DNA of 63,830 bases, counting the filler, from Bigelowiella natans CCMP2755 (Eukaryota > Protista > Cercozoa): assembly GCA_000320545.1 (NCBI GenBank). It is 7 parts of 7 records of this genome, joined end to end, with 100 filler letters (N's around TTAATTAATTAA, not from the genome) between each part and the next. Parts side by side here need not be neighbours in the genome. Positions count along the whole stretch, not along the records: positions 43,414 to 57,505 come from ADNK01001964.1; positions 57,606 to 60,310 come from ADNK01001839.1; positions 60,411 to 62,186 come from ADNK01002815.1; positions 62,287 to 63,830 come from ADNK01000965.1; 3 more parts are not named here. One strand, written 5' to 3'. Shown piece by piece: positions 57,348 through 63,830 of the stretch. The position numbers were made by a program, and so were the translations under genes. How positions within the stretch are numbered: position 1 is the stretch's first letter; each line of letters opens with the position of its first letter. The notes beneath the pieces were generated by a model. That model saw nothing but the letters and a program-made list of their open reading frames with translations, did not search any database and was not told the DNA's origin.

Positions 57348-57505
57348 ACAACCGAAGAGAGACATGCCCCAGTGGACTACTCTCCTCCTCCTCTTCCTCA
57401 TGATCGTCATCATAGATCACATACGTCACCCTCCTCAGGCTGGCGAATTCTCTACGCAATCGGCGTGGTCCCTCTCCTCGTGCTCGCATACCTGAGGCGA
57501 AGGCT
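55451..57505 (+). CDS. Major facilitator superfamily transporter, N-terminal half (truncated at contig end)
   Basis: Motif A LAADRFGRRP; ILEEFDTGTRGWAVG; GWRILYAIGVVPLL; hydrophobic exons with GT-AG boundaries. Confidence 0.9.
56064..56150. repeat. 39-bp tandem duplication (2 copies plus a partial third) in an MFS intron
   Basis: ggggagagtgggcaagggattcttactgaagagatcgaa at 56064 and 56103. Confidence 0.93.
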
Positions 57506-57605
57506 NNNNNNNNNNNNNNNNNNNNNNNNNNNNNNNNNNNNNNNNNNNNTTAATTAATTAANNNNNNNNNNNNNNNNNNNNNNNNNNNNNNNNNNNNNNN
57601 NNNNN
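57506..57605. other. Artificial contig linker
   Basis: N44-TTAATTAATTAA-N44. Confidence 0.99.
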
Positions 57606-57646
57606 TCTCTCTCTCTCCCATTTCCTCCTCTCCTATATTGTTGTGC

Positions 57647-57807
57647 GCCTGTGTAGGAGGCTACAAAAGCTCGGAGGGGAGGTGTTGATGACCCTTGAAG
57701 GTTGCCGATTGTTGTTGCCGATTGTTGCCGATGAGCTGCTGCTGCTGCTGCTGCTTACGAAAGCATTTAATAGATTCCATAATGTTCAAGCGTCTCTAAT
57801 CTGTTTT

Positions 57808-57854
<47 letters not shown>

Positions 57855-58426
57855 TTTATACGCATACATATGTACAGAATACATGTACTTGTACGGTTTC
57901 GAATCCACATTTGGTCTTCTTCCATCATTTCCTGCGCTCATCACCACCACCGCCATCATCATCATCATCATCATCATCGCCATCATCATCGAATGCTTTG
58001 CTACTTATGTCACAACGCAAAAGCGAGAGAGAGGGGGAGAGAGATAGAGGGCGCACCCAAAGTGCGCCTTTGCGTGAGAGACCGCCTGGTCATGCAGCGT
58101 TCATTGCAATACAATGCTGATGCTCGCTGGGTGCGTGGCGTGGTGTTGTTGGTGATATTCTATTATCGTTGCGCAGGTTTGAAACACGCAACCATGGGCG
58201 CTCAGAAGGGGTACACTGAGAATCATGATGACGATGATGATGATGATGGTGATGATGATGATAATGGGGCTGAGTGCGTGTGTATGCGTGTTCTCATTGC
58301 CGCAGGTATAAGCGGCTATTTGCCTGGCTGGCCTCGTCGATGCAACGGTAGGGCAACACGGTTGGGATTGGGGGGGGGAGGGGGGAATAAGAATCCTTCA
58401 GAGACAAGTATCTGTGTAGCATTTAT

Positions 58427-58499
<73 letters not shown>

Positions 58500-58554
58500 T
58501 TATTTCAAGGTATTAATGTTTATAATGTTACATTCATATATTTATGAGTGCGTA

Positions 58555-58594
<40 letters not shown>

Positions 58595-59181
58595 TTCACC
58601 GATGCAACGCATGTATCATTGACGATGGAAAACACAGGCTGGCGAGGGAGAACGAGGAGGCCAAGGAGGAACAGCTCTACTTGGGGGAGGACAACTTCGA
58701 GGAGATCGCCGCGTGCCTCAACCACGACATCATCAAGTGAGTCGTCCGGCCCTCACCACCAGCGCCCACACACACCACACCATGCGATTAGATGCAATGC
58801 GACGTAGAAAACAATCAGAGAAGCAGCAACAATACAGAACAGTAGCGCTCCTTCAGATTTGGAATCGTTGTCACATCGCCCCGATATTCATTCCCCCCCC
58901 CCCACCCCCTTCCCCCCCTCCTCTTCCTCTCAGGAACCGACTCGGAAGATACTTCAAAGACAGGTCGTGCTGGCGAAGCTCACAGCAGCAGCGCCGAGGA
59001 AGCTGGCTGCTCTGCCTCTCTCCAACACTCGCACACACACACACACACATATGCACATGCACGCACACATGCATATGCACGCACGCACGCACGCACGTAC
59101 TCATCAGTCCGATGGAGAAGGAGGACGAAGATGGCCGCAAGCCTGAAGAAGGAATGGCTGATGAAGGTTATCATCATCATC

Positions 59182-59223
<42 letters not shown>

Positions 59224-59493
59224 TATTTTATACAAGCATATCTTCACTGCCGCTCCTCATTATATAGGCAAAGGCGCCGCAGGAGGCAGAACCTCGTTGG
59301 TAGTAGTGCGATCGCTTCTTCCAAAGCTCGTTAGCTTCGTTGTGTGCGGCTGTTATCGTGTGTTTGATTTGCCGTGGAGGGGGTGGGGCGGCGATGTAAT
59401 GCGAGTGGCAAAATGATCGTTGTTGTTGTTGTTTGTTAAGATCTGTGCGTTGTGTGTGTGTTTTCGATTCTTCTTCTTGTTCTTCTTCTCCTC

Positions 59494-59542
<49 letters not shown>

Positions 59543-59713
59543 TTCTTCTTCTTCCGGTGGCGCAGGCTCAGGCGATGAAGAAGCTCAGGAAGGTCGTTTT
59601 GCACGAATTACTAACTAGCTAACATCGATACGCGTAATAGGTAGAAGTAGTAGTAGTAGTAGTAGTCTTTCCCCTCTTTTCTATCACCTTCTTCTTCTTC
59701 TTCATCGTCGTCG

Positions 59714-59745
<32 letters not shown>

Positions 59746-59820
59746 GACGGTCCATTCAATCAAACCATTCGAAACAGGCCTGGGGAGACGTGATCTTGCA
59801 GCCTGATGAGGTGATTGAAC

Positions 59821-59858
<38 letters not shown>

Positions 59859-59986
59859 ATGTGTGCGTGTGTGTGTGTGTTGTGCTTCTCATGATTAAAC
59901 GGATGATAGCGGAGCTCGCAAATGTACGTTTTTCCAATTTCCATCTTCCACTCCTAATTTTCTCTCTACCCCCTCCCCTCCTCTCC

Positions 59987-60058
<72 letters not shown>

Positions 60059-60220
60059 CTGGATTGTGCTTGCCCCCTCCACCCATCGTGGAAGAAGACC
60101 CTCCAGGCCGCTTGGGAGCGGCTGGTATCATATTTGTAATCGGTCCTTAGCCTTCTCAGGATGAATTCATCACTTTTCCCATCACGTGTGGCAAATAATA
60201 ACGATCAACATTCTGGGGAA
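57647..60220 (+). CDS. Hypothetical protein, internal fragment with many micro-exons
   Basis: Short AG/GT-bounded open segments between microsatellite introns (YKRLFAWLASSMQR; LARENEEAKEEQLYLGEDNFEEIAACLNHDIIK; NRLGRYFKD; KTLQAAWERL; DEFITFPITCGKY); family not recognised. Confidence 0.5.
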
Positions 60221-60310
60221 GTATGTTGTTGGGCTTGAAGAGGCTTTGCAATGTGGAATTTGGGTATTCAATGTTTTTTTTAATCATGAAAACAATTTCC
60301 TTAAAGTTTC

Positions 60311-60410
60311 NNNNNNNNNNNNNNNNNNNNNNNNNNNNNNNNNNNNNNNNNNNNTTAATTAATTAANNNNNNNNNNNNNNNNNNNNNNNNNNNNNNNNNN
60401 NNNNNNNNNN
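60311..60410. other. Artificial contig linker
   Basis: N44-TTAATTAATTAA-N44. Confidence 0.99.
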
Positions 60411-60443
60411 GGCCCCCCCCCCCCCCCCCCCCCCTTTTTTTTC

Positions 60444-60694
60444 TTAAAAGGCGACCTTCATGAGATACTTGAATTTGTGAATGACGCCAAACTCGACGAG
60501 CTCGTCGTGCTGGGGCACAGGCAGCATCGTGGGTTTATCGATGTCCTTCTTATCGACTTCAATATCCGAGAGGGCCGTTTGCAGCGCGCAGCTCCCTAAA
60601 CGAGCCGAGCCTTCCTCGTAGATCAGCCCCTTCTCGTACCTACAATCACCACCACCGATGTCATCACGAATATTATCACCGCCACCATCATCAT

Positions 60695-60735
<41 letters not shown>

Positions 60736-62120
60736 GAGGGGCATGCACGTAGCAGTTTCAAAGATGATAAATCAAAAGTCTCATTACACAAAAAAACGGT
60801 TACTATCTAAAGAATAGGAATGAGGTCACGATGTCTCACCACAACCTCCCTCCCCTCCCCTCATCGTCCTCGGAACAAACGATTAGGCACTACATTCGGC
60901 AGAAGGCCTCTTTAACAGCCTTATTGAGCTGTTTGTCCATGGTGAAGGCCTCCCTTGACCAGTCGCATGAGGAACTTTAGCATCATATGTACAGAATACA
61001 ACAATTTCAGGTTTTGACGGATGTGTTGCAGCGGCGGTGCGTGCCCCCCCCCCCCCCCCCTCCAACCAGGGTGTATTATTGTTTTACCCTAGTCGACGTA
61101 GTTGTCGGCAGATGTGCGACCCAGATTGCTCTTTCCACTTCCAGACCTGTCAGTGCAATGCATCACAAAATATAACATATGTGCGTGAAGCGGAAGTTTA
61201 AAGGAGCAATTTGTTTCTAAACATGATAGGGTTGTATTATTTCATCATCATCGTGATCATCATCATCATCATTTTCGTTCTCTCGCTCCTACACAATTTC
61301 GTCGAACGGCATCATCATCGTCCTCCTCCCTTGCATCATGTAGCAAGAGAGAATGGGTTATAACTCACCTCCTCAAGAAACTTCTCCCTTCCCAGGTCGT
61401 AGCGGCTTTGATTCTTCTCGCGCTTTAGCTTCTTCTCAACGACTGGAATGGGGGCAGTAGCAGCAGGGGGCAACGGCACGTCAATGGGCGAGTTAATCGA
61501 CGACGAGGAGGAGACAACACGCAACACGTCAACCCCCCCCCCCCCCCCCCGTCGCGTCAGAAAGAGAGCGACGAGGAGGCAGATAGAAAACGAAGAGGGG
61601 GAGAGAGAGATAAGAGGAAGAGGGACTTGGGGGCGTCAGCGAAGGTAGGTGTTCTCTCTACTTAAAAGCGTTGTTGTTGTTGCTGCTGCTGCTGCTGCTG
61701 TTGTCGGTTCGTGGCGAATGCAGAGACGACGAATGACCGGTCTGTGTAGCGATCCCAGCATGATCAGTTCCCGGGAGCCATAAGGTCTTCCTCCCGCACA
61801 TACGATGCCAGCGCGTCAACGTGTCCTACACAAGGAAGAGGAAGAGCGAAAGGGGGGGGGGGGGACACGCGGTATGTAAATCACAATGAACACTTAATCG
61901 CTTTTGGATTATTTTCAGCCCCCCCAGCCCCCCCCCCCCCTCTCTTCCCCACTGGACCACTCTACTCTCCCTGCAGCTTGGTCAACCGTGGGTAGCAAAG
62001 CATAACTTGGTACCTCAATAGCACACATGAGCGTGTGCCCCAAGTGGAGGGTTCCCGTCCCGTTTGGGGGGGGGAAGAACATAACGAAATTGGCTTTGTG
62101 CTCTTTAGGTTCCTGAAAAG
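60444..62120 (-). CDS. VARS1: Valyl-tRNA synthetase, N-terminal catalytic fragment
   Basis: [14 protein letters not shown] (HIGH region); DTLTRWHRM...[13 protein letters not shown]; VVEKKL...[16 protein letters not shown]; [12 protein letters not shown]; TALSDIEV; VEFGV. Confidence 0.95.
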
Positions 62121-62186
62121 CCCACAAGAATTCCGGACCCAGGATATATATTTATATATATAGATATATATATATATAAAAAAAAG

Positions 62187-62286
62187 NNNNNNNNNNNNNN
62201 NNNNNNNNNNNNNNNNNNNNNNNNNNNNNNTTAATTAATTAANNNNNNNNNNNNNNNNNNNNNNNNNNNNNNNNNNNNNNNNNNNN
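62187..62286. other. Artificial contig linker
   Basis: N44-TTAATTAATTAA-N44. Confidence 0.99.
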
Positions 62287-62333
62287 CCCTAACGAGGATG
62301 GAGAAGAGAGCAACGACGCCGGTGGCAATGATA

Positions 62334-62368
<35 letters not shown>

Positions 62369-63607
62369 AGCACGGGCTCGTCAGCTTCCTCCGGCGCCGT
62401 CCCTAGGCTTGAGTTTGTAGGATTCGATCTACATTTTGGCGGCAGCATGGTTTGGCAATACAAAGTCAACATTCCAGGCGCTGCTTTTCTGTATGAGGGG
62501 GGCGGGTCGCCTGGATTTGTGTCTGTGAAGACTGGAAAGCGAGCGCTGGTAAGAAATCGAGAGGGCGGTGTCCATCATCTATCCGTATCTAGCAGCAATA
62601 GTCCCGATGATGTAAGCGATGATCTTATCTCTATCTAAATAGGGTGGTGGCAGTGGAGGAGGAGGAGCTGCTTCTCCGTCTTCTCCCTCTGCCTCTTCTT
62701 CAAACATCCTCGTCAACTTCGGACGCTTGGTAATAGAATCTTTGACTATCGAGAATGGGGTGTTGTGCGTTGGGGACGATTGTGATGGTGGTGATGATGA
62801 TGATGGTGATGATGATGATGGTGATGATGGTGGTGGTTGGGATGGTGGTGGATTTTGCAAAGGATCTGGTTGAGATCCTACTTCCCTCCAACTAAAAAAT
62901 TAATACTGCTACGACTAGTAATTCCGGCCATTCTTCATTCATCGAGTGTATGTGTTCTAGTACACATTTATCATCATCTTCGACTTGTGGATCCTATGCA
63001 GGTGTACATCCTTGAACTCCCACCGATTTCTTCTTCAACGACGTCTCTTCCAAGCGCGGCTCATGCAGGGAAGGCACGGGGAAGCTTCTCTTTATCGACG
63101 GTACTAGGGAGCGGCGCCGTTGAGGCATCATCGGTAATGGTGGAAATGATGTTAAAGGAGGAGAGAGGGGAGGAAGAAGAAGGAGCGCCCATTGCGAAGA
63201 AGCGTAAGAAACACCCATCATCGCCGCCGGCCTCGCCCTTGAGGAAATCGCCGCGTCTTCGCGGAAAAGCTGCTAGGGAAGATAGCGACCAGAAAAAGGG
63301 AAATGCTGCTGCTGCTGCTGCTACTACTAGCCTGAACTCCATCCTTGTGAAAAGCCTGTCCAGTTCCAATAACGCAGCGGATCCGCCGCCATTATCATCG
63401 TCTCCTTCGTCGTCTCTACTACTAACATCATCGCTATCGTCATCCTTATCATCATCATCATCATCACGCTTGGCCTCCCTTCCGCCGCGTGAGTTGCTCT
63501 CCATCATTCTCTCATTGATATCATCACCTGATGCCACCCGCTTCAAGGACGTCACAGCTCTTGCAGAGAGGAAGTACCGGCGCAGCTCTGAAAACAAGCA
63601 GCCGGGC

Positions 63608-63642
<35 letters not shown>

Positions 63643-63830
63643 GACCAACGTGCAGTCGCTGGTGAAGGCGCTCTTAGAAAGAAGAAAAGGCAGCAGCACG
63701 AAGAAGAAGGAGGAATCGATCACCAGATCCGCTGTTCGCGGGCTTCCGATCGACCTCGCTCATGCCCTGGCACAGGCGTGCTTTCCTTCTGAGGCCGCTG
63801 AGAAGCCGAGGAGAAGGGGGGGGGGGGGGG
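62287..63830 (+). CDS. Hypothetical (probably nuclear) protein, internal fragment
   Basis: The plus-strand exon starting at 63001 stays open to the window end (VYILELPP...IAKKRKKH [NLS-like]...DLAHALAQACF); earlier exon LEFVGFDLHFGGSMVWQYKVNIP. It is missing from the ORF track because no stop occurs in the window. Confidence 0.5.

Larger units (their letters stand above)
38124..63830. repeat. Microsatellite-dense region (intronic (CA)n, (TA)n, (GA)n, (GAT)n, (GAG)n, (TAG)n and poly-G/poly-C tracts)
   Basis: Nearly every intron in contigs 3-7 carries simple repeats; these produce most of the low-complexity ORFs in the track. Confidence 0.9.

Noticed and set aside
38529-63723. Many poly-Ser/His/Leu/Val-Cys/Arg-Glu ORFs in the ORF track
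   Set aside because: Translations of intronic microsatellites; the real exons are short segments in other frames.

Overview
This is eukaryotic nuclear DNA and not one continuous locus. Seven contigs (1-10892, 10993-38023, 38124-43313, 43414-57505, 57606-60310, 60411-62186, 62287-63830) are joined by artificial 100-nt linkers (N44-TTAATTAATTAA-N44). Spliced genes I could reconstruct by eye are BolA2, MUS81, ALG12, a theta-like GST, Rac, PDAT (3' end), VPS18, a TraB-domain protein, an SGNH-type esterase, an MFS transporter and valyl-tRNA synthetase, plus several hypothetical genes. Three genes have signal-peptide plus transit-peptide-like leaders, suggesting an alga with a complex plastid (chlorarachniophyte-like; inference). 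The main accessory feature is a pair of very young Ty3/Gypsy-type LTR retrotransposons (19260-24175, rearranged; 27302-33017, intact) with four apparently identical 326-bp LTRs and 4-bp target-site duplications, flanking one host 7TM gene. The 1657-aa polyprotein ends in what looks like a degenerate DIRS/Dam-type N6-adenine methyltransferase fold, placed where chromoviruses carry a chromodomain, and its integrase has a shortened D-X27-E spacing. Both copies inserted into CpG-poor, TGCA/CATG/CTAG-rich intergenic islands that look like methylation-deamination relics. No rRNA, tRNA gene or CRISPR array was recognised. All calls are by-eye motif recognition; no database search was run.
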